Position numbers and translations under genes: made by a program. Positions 1-9,997 of a stretch of DNA of 64,000 nucleotides are shown here, one piece after another. The notes beneath the pieces were generated by a model. That model was not told the DNA's origin. It was given only the letters and a program-made list of their open reading frames with translations, and searched no databases. The stretch is taken from contig LSRY02000012.1 in the NCBI GenBank assembly GCA_001643675.2, positions 868,001 through 932,000 on the forward strand. The letters run 5' to 3'. The number at the start of each line of letters is the position of its first letter. The first letter of the stretch is position 1. The DNA is from Monocercomonoides exilis PA203. Its lineage: Eukaryota > Protista > Preaxostyla.

Positions 1-1549
1 TTGCATGAGTGTTTCCTTGTTCTCGTGAAGAAATAGGATATCGTCTAGGAATGACACTCATATTTTGTTCCACATACTTCGGATTTCCTTCGTAACATTT
101 ATCATTAACTTTGTTAAAATTCGCTGTGCATCTTTTAGCGCAAATAGCATAACTTTGAATCCATTGTTTATTTCTCGAATGTGAAGGGCAAATAGAGTGT
201 GAATATCTTGTGAATTGGGATTTGGAAGTACGCCTGCGATAAGTCGAGGGAAGTGGCGTAGTCGTCTTTGAGGAGCAGTTTTTCCGCTATTCGCTAATCT
301 TCCATTTTGAAGTGAATATCTTTCAGGGCTGCATTCAGGGTCCGGCAGTATAGTATTTGTCTGTAGCTTCCGTTCTTTTTTTCTTAAAAGAACACGTTGC
401 TTAAGCAGCGGACCCCCTCTCTTCTGAACACTTGTAAAAATGTCTGTTTTTAAGCCTTCCACAATCCATTCCGCACATGCCCTCCTCTCTTTCGGACCAC
501 CTATAAAGCCTTTGCCCATGTCTTTCTCTCGTATCTGCCTGTCTCTCGCTTTCTTCCCCTTCCAGACCGGGAGAACTCCATTCACCACCCAATTGGAGAC
601 GCCGATCTTCTTCCACTCTTTGGCAAAGGCTTGTGTCCTGCCCCCTATTTTCTCCGAAAAAAATGTTTGCGCTGCTCTTCATATCCTGCTTTCTTTGTGC
701 TGAAATTTTGTGCTCTTTGTCTCCTGGGCCGTTGCGCCAATCTCCCTTGACGTGCTGATTGGAGTTTTGACGAGTTGGCTTGTAATATTGGCTTTAGACG
801 TTCAAGCTGTTCCGGTGTGAGTAGAGGATCAACGGTATCTTCCTTTAGTGATCTCTCTTCAGCGAATCCGAACTTTGCCTGTTTGCGCATATGCCTTGCT
901 GCCTGAAGTGCTGCAGTGATGAACATTATTGAGTCTTCCAAATGTTCGGAGGTTTCGCCTACTGCGTTGCGAGCTGCCAACAGTGTGGCTTTAAGTGCGG
1001 GGATCAAGAACATTTCGACGAAATAAGCTTTTTCATCAAGGGCATCAGACATCCAACTGCGCGAGCGTGAATGTGGGTGTGGAGAAGATGGAATGAAAGG
1101 TGAGGCTGAAATTGGCTCGTATTCCCTCATTGTTTGCTCCAGATCTCCTTGGTTCAAATGGTTGTTAAAAACTGAGGATAAGCATCTATCCCCGAAGATT
1201 TCTGTAATAGCCTGTTGAAGCGGCTGAGTGGCTCCTTCTGACTGGACAGCATCCATAGCATTCGATGCTGAAGAGGTGGATGAGTACGAAGAAGAGGTCG
1301 ATGCAAACGTTGTGGAGTGTATCTCCCCGGTACTCATCGTTGGTGCGGAGATTAGGTATTCCATACCCATGCCGCCTGTTGTTCCGCTTTGCTGAAGCAT
1401 TCCGCTCAGTCCCGACGCAGGTCCTTCCAACCAAGTTGACATTTTCTAATTTTTTGATCGACTGAGCCCTTAATAAAGGAGCTCACTCCATAAATAAAGA
1501 GGTGTTGTTGATTGAGGTTTTTCTTAAGAATTAATGTGCTGCGCACTTT
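1..1549 (-). mobile_element. 5' part of a second DIRS1-type retrotransposon copy (left ITR, gag, start of RT), running off the window start
   Basis: Reverse complement of 4549-6097 (position x pairs with 6098-x). All overlapping ORF translations are identical to those of the + copy. Confidence 0.9.
645..1442 (-). CDS. DIRS Gag-like ORF1 (duplicate copy)
   Basis: 265 aa, identical to 4656..5453. It starts just inside the left ITR and precedes RT. Confidence 0.7.
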   Translation of the reverse strand: MSTWLEGPASGLSGMLQQSGTTGGMGMEYLISAPTMSTGEIHSTTFASTSSSYSSTSSASNAMDAVQSEGATQPLQQAITEIFGDRCLSSVFNNHLNQGDLEQTMREYEPISASPFIPSSPHPHSRSRSWMSDALDEKAYFVEMFLIPALKATLLAARNAVGETSEHLEDSIMFITAALQAARHMRKQAKFGFAEERSLKEDTVDPLLTPEQLERLKPILQANSSKLQSARQGRLAQRPRRQRAQNFSTKKAGYEEQRKHFFRRK

Positions 1550-2136
1550 GATAAAAATTTTGAACAATCTCACAATTAAATTATAAATAGCCAAAGATTA
1601 AGAATAAGCTTTTTTTCAAGATTCAGAGGGCTTACACTTGCAAATGTTTAACAAAATAAATATATAAACATTATGTAATGGTGTGCACTGATTGCTCACA
1701 TTTATAAATTTTTATATATCAATAATTCAACTTGTTGATATTCAAAAGCAGTCTGTTTTTATTTCAATTTAATTCTAATTAAATTGTTTGTTAGTCGCTT
1801 TAATGTTTTTGATAATGACGTATATTATGTTCAGTTATTCAATTTTTGATTTTATAAAGTTTATTCGATTGTTTTTTTATTAATGTTCATCATTTCTGAA
1901 TTTGTTCATTTCTTTTTTCATTGAGAAACAACATAATTATTGTTGACACGCAAAAAAATTCATTTATGAAACATGAAAAGCATTGCATATGTTCATAAGC
2001 GAGAAACATAATGACAAGTTAAAAAAATAAAAAACATAATTCTTATCTTATTGAAAATCTTCAAGAAAGAGAATAATTGGGTTGTGTTTTTTTGATTGCT
2101 TTTCAAAAATTTCCCCTTCAAACAATTGTTGAAAAT

Positions 2137-4135
2137 TTAAAATTCAATGCTATTCTGGATGATTTTTATCATTTCCATCAACAACTATATTTCTTCTACC
2201 AATTTGAGTTTGTCATTTGACTCATCTCCCCATGTCCTCTCCATCACCTCAACAAATTCTTCCCTTCGATTCCTTCTGTCAGCTGTCGCACTCCATCTCT
2301 CATCATCTCCTGCGCTTCCTTTGCTTCACACTCGCTCAAAGGAACTTCCTCTGTTGTCATTTCATGGAGAATCAGTCCAAGTGTGAAAACAACTGTTTTT
2401 TCCATATCCTCTTCTCCAGCTTCAGGTGCCTTCCATCGCTTCATTTCTTCCTTCTCCTTTTCATCTTTCAATTTCTCTGTCAACACGTATATTTTATTGT
2501 TTCCTTCTTCAACAAAGATTGAATATGAGCATAATTGTTTCTCCATTATTTCCACTCTTTCGTCTCCAACAAATATCAAATGCTCAAACAGCTCTGTCGC
2601 TGCCAAAACTTCTTCCTTTCCATCAATAACATCCATCGCTCTCGTTCCCAGTGTTAAATAACCTTGAACTGAATGAATCGCCGAGTGAAATGTTTTGACG
2701 TTCTTTTTCTCCTTCTCTCGAAATGGCTTCTTCGCTGATATTACATTCAATGAATGTGATTGTGGCATTCCAGAAACAAATACATCATCAGAAAATGGAA
2801 ATGGAGATTCCATATCTGGAAGATCATTTTCATTCAATATTCCATCGTTCATTGATGGAGGCTCTGGAAGATCTTCATCGTTGTCAATCAACAGAGGTGT
2901 TTGACTCATCATCCCTTTAAGCAACGTCAACAGCATTTTACTCATCTCAATGCCTTCTCCCCTCCTTTCTCTTCTCCCTTCTGGTCTTCCTTCAATCCCT
3001 TCTTCTTTGGTGCATATTTCTTCAACTTTCTTCTCAACTTCTCTTTGTTTCTTTCGCTGTACCACAGCCATGACAAACAAAATCACAATAACTACCAGAA
3101 CAGCTGCACGCCCAATAAAGGCTACCAAACTCCATTCAATTTTTTCCCCTCCTTCGGATATTCTTTCATCTCCTTCTCCCTCTCCTTTATTTTCATCCCC
3201 TTTCATTTCCCCCTCACTCTTGTTTATCACAACCAATGCATTTGTGTTAGACAACTTCATTTTTCTAAACAGGATACTCATGCACACTTCTGTTTTCTTT
3301 TCCGTCACATCCACCAGCTCTGACGAAACAACTGAATGCACCTCGTATTCTGAGATATAGCATACTCCATCAATTTCCTCTCTCACAATCTCCTCTTCAT
3401 CCCCATCTTTCACACTTATCTCTAATGACAAATTGCAAGGAAGAAGCAGCTTCCCATGAATGTTCAAGTCCATGCCCTGACCAGCCTGCGTTGTGTTCTT
3501 CACTTCTTCCAGAACCGGGATGAAAAATGATGTTCCTCTTTCTCTCGCTGATCCTCACAATTGGAATCCTTCGCACAATATCCACAGAGATGTATTTTTC
3601 TTCACACATTCTCCCCATTTCAAACCCATTTCATTCAGATTTTTGTCTCTTCCTAATTCACCCTCTTCAACAACGAACATCAATCTCATGATATCTGAGG
3701 TCATATGAATCAGTACATAATCAATCGAATCACATGGAAGTGTGTTTGTTCCACATTGCATTTCGTTTGATCCATCCACACTGATCACAACAATTGTGTC
3801 ACTCTGATAATTAGTCACAAACTCAATCGGATTTGTATCTTCTTTGTGTTCACAACTGTCACCTCCATATATTGCATTGAATCGATTGCAGTTGCCTTCT
3901 CGAAGATCAAACTGAAATTGACTTTCATTGATCTGCGATGAGATATTGAAACATTTAACGAAAATATCATTCCACACTTTTGCTCTATTCTCACTGGACT
4001 TCATTCCCACAAATGAAAAATTCAAATCTCCTCTTTCCTTTGTTGCCTGATACACCCCTCCTCCTTTCCCATTGACGCAGCTGCATTGTCTGACTTCGGA
4101 CATAATCATCTTCATTGATCCAGACTTTCCAAGTG
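2137..4135 (-). pseudogene. Decayed type I membrane surface protein with a C-terminal kinase-like (C-lobe) domain
   Basis: Fragments 3555..4115 (GGGVY, CGTNTLPCDSI) and 2244..3503 (TM helix AAVLVVIVILFVMAVV, then RWKAPE...VVFTLGLILHEMTT, resembling kinase subdomains VIII-IX). Broken by frameshifts and 5' truncated. Confidence 0.7.
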
Positions 4136-4548
4136 CGAAGAATATTTCATTTTTTCACTTGTTTCTTCCTTTTTTTCGTTGTTCAGCAATTATTTTATAT
4201 GAAAAATTTGAAATACATGTTTGATGCGAAATTTTGATCTTGATAAAAACAAAATAATGAAAAGAAAACGTTCATCCACATTTTAATTGAATAATTTAAT
4301 CACATTTAACATCATTGGTTTCAAATAGTCACACAATGCACACATAAAGGCTTTATTATCCAACAATTACATAATTCAAACAATGAAAAATCATTTTGAT
4401 TAATAATCAGTGTACACCTATACATAATGTTTATATATTTATTTTGTTAAACATTTGCAAGTGTAAGCCCTCTGAATCTTGAAAAAAAGCTTATTCTTAA
4501 TCTTTGGCTATTTATAATTTAATTGTGAGATTGTTCAAAATTTTTATC

Positions 4549-4643
4549 AAAGTGCGCAGCACATTAATTCTTAAGAAAAACCTCAATCAACAACACCTCT
4601 TTATTTATGGAGTGAGCTCCTTTATTAAGGGCTCAGTCGATCA
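4549..4643 (+). repeat. DIRS left inverted terminal repeat
   Basis: 4591-4643 is a perfect 53-bp reverse complement of 9074-9126. The outer part 4549-4612 is complementary to the ICR. Confidence 0.9.
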
Positions 4644-4655
4644 AAAAATTAGAAA

Positions 4656-5453
4656 ATGTCAACTTGGTTGGAAGGACCTGCGTCGGGACTGAGCGGAATG
4701 CTTCAGCAAAGCGGAACAACAGGCGGCATGGGTATGGAATACCTAATCTCCGCACCAACGATGAGTACCGGGGAGATACACTCCACAACGTTTGCATCGA
4801 CCTCTTCTTCGTACTCATCCACCTCTTCAGCATCGAATGCTATGGATGCTGTCCAGTCAGAAGGAGCCACTCAGCCGCTTCAACAGGCTATTACAGAAAT
4901 CTTCGGGGATAGATGCTTATCCTCAGTTTTTAACAACCATTTGAACCAAGGAGATCTGGAGCAAACAATGAGGGAATACGAGCCAATTTCAGCCTCACCT
5001 TTCATTCCATCTTCTCCACACCCACATTCACGCTCGCGCAGTTGGATGTCTGATGCCCTTGATGAAAAAGCTTATTTCGTCGAAATGTTCTTGATCCCCG
5101 CACTTAAAGCCACACTGTTGGCAGCTCGCAACGCAGTAGGCGAAACCTCCGAACATTTGGAAGACTCAATAATGTTCATCACTGCAGCACTTCAGGCAGC
5201 AAGGCATATGCGCAAACAGGCAAAGTTCGGATTCGCTGAAGAGAGATCACTAAAGGAAGATACCGTTGATCCTCTACTCACACCGGAACAGCTTGAACGT
5301 CTAAAGCCAATATTACAAGCCAACTCGTCAAAACTCCAATCAGCACGTCAAGGGAGATTGGCGCAACGGCCCAGGAGACAAAGAGCACAAAATTTCAGCA
5401 CAAAGAAAGCAGGATATGAAGAGCAGCGCAAACATTTTTTTCGGAGAAAATAG
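4656..5453 (+). CDS. DIRS Gag-like ORF1
   Basis: Intact 265-aa ORF directly after the left ITR, with an AAAATG start and a basic C-terminus overlapping the RT start. Assigned by position. Confidence 0.7.
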   Translation: MSTWLEGPASGLSGMLQQSGTTGGMGMEYLISAPTMSTGEIHSTTFASTSSSYSSTSSASNAMDAVQSEGATQPLQQAITEIFGDRCLSSVFNNHLNQGDLEQTMREYEPISASPFIPSSPHPHSRSRSWMSDALDEKAYFVEMFLIPALKATLLAARNAVGETSEHLEDSIMFITAALQAARHMRKQAKFGFAEERSLKEDTVDPLLTPEQLERLKPILQANSSKLQSARQGRLAQRPRRQRAQNFSTKKAGYEEQRKHFFRRK

Positions 5454-7335
5454 GGGGCAGGACACAAGCCTTTGCCAAAGAGTGGAAGAAGATCGGCGTC
5501 TCCAATTGGGTGGTGAATGGAGTTCTCCCGGTCTGGAAGGGGAAGAAAGCGAGAGACAGGCAGATACGAGAGAAAGACATGGGCAAAGGCTTTATAGGTG
5601 GTCCGAAAGAGAGGAGGGCATGTGCGGAATGGATTGTGGAAGGCTTAAAAACAGACATTTTTACAAGTGTTCAGAAGAGAGGGGGTCCGCTGCTTAAGCA
5701 ACGTGTTCTTTTAAGAAAAAAAGAACGGAAGCTACAGACAAATACTATACTGCCGGACCCTGAATGCAGCCCTGAAAGATATTCACTTCAAAATGGAAGA
5801 TTAGCGAATAGCGGAAAAACTGCTCCTCAAAGACGACTACGCCACTTCCCTCGACTTATCGCAGGCGTACTTCCAAATCCCAATTCACAAGATATTCACA
5901 CTCTATTTGCCCTTCACATTCGAGAAATAAACAATGGATTCAAAGTTATGCTATTTGCGCTAAAAGATGCACAGCGAATTTTAACAAAGTTAATGATAAA
6001 TGTTACGAAGGAAATCCGAAGTATGTGGAACAAAATATGAGTGTCATTCCTAGACGATATCCTATTTCTTCACGAGAACAAGGAAACACTCATGCAAGCA
6101 ACTCAAGAAATAGTCGAGTGGCTTCAACAGCTCGGGCTGATCATCAATAGGGAGAAAAGCGAGGTAGCTCCCTAGAAGATTTTCAACCACCTCGAATGGA
6201 CATGGGACACAAGCAAAATGACTGAATCATCGGAACAACAAAGACGCAGGGAGCTGAAGAAGGATTGTTTTAAATGGATGAAGAGATTGAGTAGGTTAAA
6301 GATTATCATGACAAGAGATCTGGCCTCGTTCATAGGGTAGCCAAGCGCAATTCGCTTTGTAAACAAGGACGCCTCAATGCATATGGACGAATATTACTAT
6401 ATCCTCAACAGGCAAGTTCGAAAAGGTGGATGGGACGGTTCCTTTCGACTGAATTACAGTATAAAGAGGGAACTGGAGGTTTGGAGAAAAAGGCTGAGTG
6501 CACTATTTTCCAGACCCCTGATGGGATTCTCTCCTCCAGACGCTGTCCTTGCGACAGATGCTTCGCCGCACTCTTGCGATGCTACACTATCAGTTGGATG
6601 AGAAATATATCACTTTTCCAGTCAATTTTCCAAGAAATATCAACTCCAAACCTCAAACTTCAAGGAACTCCTGGCTGTTTTATTGGAACTCAACAGATTT
6701 TCCTTATTGATTCTGAGAAATCACATGAGCAAATTGCTTCTCAGATCGGACAACACGTGTGCAGTCTTCAACGTAAACAGAAAGAATGCTTGCCGGAATC
6801 TCCTTCCACTCCTCAGAAAAATACGATCATTGTGCCAATCAATGAACCTCATAGTCACAGTGGCACACATCCCAGGAGAGAAGAATACGAAAGCAGACGC
6901 ATTGTCAAGGTTGGCAATCGCAGGAGATTTCTCGATCCTGACTCATCATCTTCAACAAGCAGAGACTCTTCTTGGAGCTCATACAGAGATAGACGCTTTC
7001 GCAAACGCTGCAAACAAAAAGAAGGAGACTTGGTCTGGGCCCGGAAGCAGCATGGCACAGGACGGTCTTCATCCATATTGGGGAAAAGGAATTCTTCTCA
7101 TCCATCCCCCGATTCCACTGATCCTTCCATGTCTTCGGAAAGCAAAATCGGAAAAAGCGAAAGCTATCTTTCTTCTTCCGGCTTGGAAGAATCAGATTTG
7201 GAGCAACCTTCTATCGAAACTGATGACTCGTTCCCACATCTGGAAATGCTCTCGAGATGTTTTTTCCCCGGAGCATGGAATGTTGAAGAAAGGAGCCGCA
7301 CCTCTTTTGGGGGAGTATATGGCTGCAAGGATAGG
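5450..7335 (+). pseudogene. DIRS pol: reverse transcriptase - RNase H - DNA adenine methyltransferase-like domain, disrupted
   Basis: RT: IGGRTQAFAKEW start, KKNGSYRQIL..HFKMED..LDLSQAY (~5720-5870), FALKDAQRILTK, FLDDIL (~6047). RNase H: ATDAS, ELLAV, RSDN, HIPGEKNTKADALSR. MT: IDAFA..IHPPIPLI..LPAW. Frameshifts and stops, e.g. TGA at 6038 and TAG ~6173. Confidence 0.9.
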
Positions 7336-8646
7336 ATGGAAGTACTGGTCGGTGAGAGATGGTGGAAGGAAGGACTTCAAGCCTGCGGGGTCCCTGACAA
7401 GATCAGAAAGATTACTGAGAGAAGCATATCCAAGGTTACGTGGAATCAATACATTAACTGTTTTGCTCGTTTCCACATCGAGTGGAAGTCTAATCAATTG
7501 GGTGAAATACCAGGATGTTTCGATGAGTAAATAAAGAAATGCGCAGTCTGTTTTCTATCCTTGAAGGATTACGGGACTCCATATTCTTCCTTATGCGCTA
7601 CGCGATCAGCGATCTCATTATTCTCTCGCACAGGATACAGCAGGGAGATAAGCGATATCCCGCTTATCCACACAATATTTAGATTCTTTTCGTTCTCTCA
7701 ATTTCATAGGTAACCGTACACTAGCATGTGGAGTCCAGACATTATCAAGAGCTTTTACTCTCGAGAACTGAATAATGAACAACTCCCGTTTTTGGATCTC
7801 ACGGATAAATGCATGCTGTTAATTATGTTGTTCTCAGCATGTCGATTCTGTGAGCTCGCGCAAATATCCATGTCTGAATCCATTTGGGAAACAGAAGCAA
7901 TTCATCTTTCAACGAGACTGAAGACATCCTACTCAAGAGAATTCATCACAATTCCTTTCTTACAGGAAGAACACAGCCGCATTTGTCCTGCCAGAGCGAT
8001 TCGTTGTTTGTGGGATCGGGTGAGAACAACTTCCGAAAATAGAGACACATTTCTGTTCAACTAGACAACTCGCACTCCTTTGACTCCCAGTGGGGTTCGC
8101 AAACTGGCAAAGGTTGGTATGGGGAGGGCAGGAGTTCCAGAAGAATTTCTCCCGTACACCATTAAACATGCAACTATTTCGAAATTGTCAACAGAAGGAA
8201 TTCCTGAGGCCTGCGTTGCAAGATTTGCACGATTGTCCACAACATCACACAAACCGTTAAGATCCTTCTTCAAGACTAACCTGGCAAGTCAAATGGCTCA
8301 TATGCTTCTCTCTCAGAGCTCTGGATTTCAACTTTCAGACGAAGGCTTTAGGAAGGAGAAGGTCCAACGACTGCAATCAGAGAAAATTTTAATTGGAACA
8401 ATACAACAAACAACTTCCATCATTTTCGGAAGGCGATTTGAACAGTCTTCAGATATTCCAGCTGAAGCCTCGGCTTCTCCAATAGATGCAATTGTGGCCA
8501 TTCAAACACATTCGTCAGGCGAGACAGTCAAGCAAGCGACGCTCCTCCCCTCAAAAGTGGAGGAACCAGAAGGGGAAGAGGTTACTGAAGGAAAACAAAG
8601 AGCAGGGAAAAGAGAACAGACAAACTTCATCTTTGAATTCATTTGA
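7336..8646 (+). pseudogene. DIRS tyrosine recombinase, disrupted
   Basis: One frame interrupted by stops (7528, ~7708, 8062). LFSACRFCEL (box I Arg), ICPARAI, YTIKHATIS (degenerate HxxR), ARLSTTSHKPLRSFF (degenerate box II). Confidence 0.85.
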
Positions 8647-8691
8647 TATTGCAATTTCAGAAGAATACAAGTGGTTGCCCAATTAAGAACT

Positions 8692-8793
8692 CTCCATAAA
8701 TAAAGAGGTGTTGTAGATTGCGGTTTTTTTTAAGAATTAATGTGCTGCGCACTTTTATTCAGGGAGAAAAACCTATCTGCAACACATCTTTTT
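8692..8793 (+). repeat. DIRS internal complementary region (ICR)
   Basis: 8692-8754 is complementary to left terminus 4549-4612, and ~8758-8790 to right terminus ~9117-9148. Together they spell the circle junction. Confidence 0.9.
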
Positions 8794-9073
8794 TCCCCAC
8801 CAGAGCTTAGTTCATCCCACTCCATTATCAGTTCTTTGATTTATTTGGTATAATCAGAGACTTTCAGCCAGTTACACAACAACGCAACAAGCCAGAGGTT
8901 AATTCAACGCAGTTCATTGACTTCCTCTATTGAACAATTTTCTTTTACCATACAGAAATCATGCCATAATTCTTTTGCAACACCTTGACACTGACCAATG
9001 GATGTCAGCCCAAAAAACCTTTTCACGTTTTTTTCGAGTCTTTTGCACTTCATCCATTTTCACATCACTTTTG

Positions 9074-9151
9074 TGATCGACTGAGCCCTTAATAAAGGAG
9101 CTCACTCCATAAATAAAGAGGTGTTGAAGATAGGTTTTTCTCCCCGAAAAA
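9074..9151 (+). repeat. DIRS right inverted terminal repeat with extension
   Basis: 53-bp perfect match to the left ITR, then aagataggtttttctccccgaa matching the ICR. Confidence 0.9.
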
Positions 9152-9997
9152 TGAAATTTTTATTTTTTCAAATTTATTATTTCTCAGATATTCTTTGACA
9201 CAAAAGGTTAATATAACTATTAAAAGCATCACATCTATTTATAAACAGGAAATTGTTTTTGTTCATCGCAATCCATCAATTATATTCATATTTATGGGTG
9301 ATTTTTCAAAATTGATTTTTGACAACAAGAAAAAACAATTACGAAAAATTCGTCCACCCAAAAGTTTTAATTTATAATTAAGAATTTAGTCATATTAAAG
9401 TTAAATTCTTATAACGCATTTTGCAAAAGAAGCACAAATGCACCTATGCTATTTACTGACAATTTAATGAAGGATTTAGGACAAAATTTCATTGAGATCT
9501 GAGGATGATGATATCTTCTGATTATTCCCTTCCAACTCCAAGTGAATATGTTTAGCATTCAATATTTCCATAATTTTGCATGATGAAAGATTATTGGTCC
9601 TGTCTTTTTCAAAGTGCATTTAAGGTGTTTAAAGTTGACTCTATTTTTTTTTTTTTTTTTTTTTTTTTTTTGATCACATGCAATTTTTTAAGTTCCAAAG
9701 TATGATTGAAGTGATTTGAAGATAAGATATAAATAAGAGGAACACGGAAAAAATGTGAAAAAAAGAAAGCAAAAGAAAATTGAAATAAAATATCAATTGG
9801 TTTGGATATAACCTTTAAAACATGAGCATAAGCGTTGGCTAGCCATTAGAAGCAAATGAGATGATACAAAAAATATACCACTGAAAAAGCACATCGTTGA
9901 AACTGAATCAATTCGGATTAAAAACATTTTACAACTCCAAAAATGGCCTGGATGTTGGAATATCATTTGTACGAATAAAATTCAGTATTAAAACTTT

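Larger units (their letters stand above)
1..1693. repeat. Left arm of a large inverted duplication (partner 4405-6097)
   Basis: ORFs 58..588, 645..1442 and 1406..1594 mirror 5510..6040, 4656..5453 and 4504..4692. The only mismatches seen are in the innermost ~16 bp. Confidence 0.95.
4405..6097. repeat. Right arm of the large inverted duplication (partner 1-1693)
   Basis: See left arm. Includes ~145 bp (4405-4548) outside the DIRS left terminus. Confidence 0.95.
4549..9151 (+). mobile_element. DIRS1-type tyrosine-recombinase retrotransposon, structurally complete, coding regions decayed
   Basis: Inverted terminal repeats, an internal complementary region matching both termini, and the order gag, RT (LDLSQAY, FLDD), RNase H, MTase-like, YR. 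Confidence 0.95.

Noticed and set aside
5450-8100. In-frame stops suggesting a reassigned genetic code or readthrough
   Set aside because: All three stop types occur together with frameshifts, and only in TE or pseudogene relics. Host genes have multi-kilobase stop-free frames and end in TAA, TAG or TGA.
8794-9073. Possible ribozyme in the DIRS 3' non-coding region
   Set aside because: Only a short tgaca/tgtca stem; no hammerhead or HDV core motifs.
9644-9671. Poly-T tracts (also 22616-22635) as retroposon tails
   Set aside because: No associated element body or TSD; common in this AT-rich DNA.
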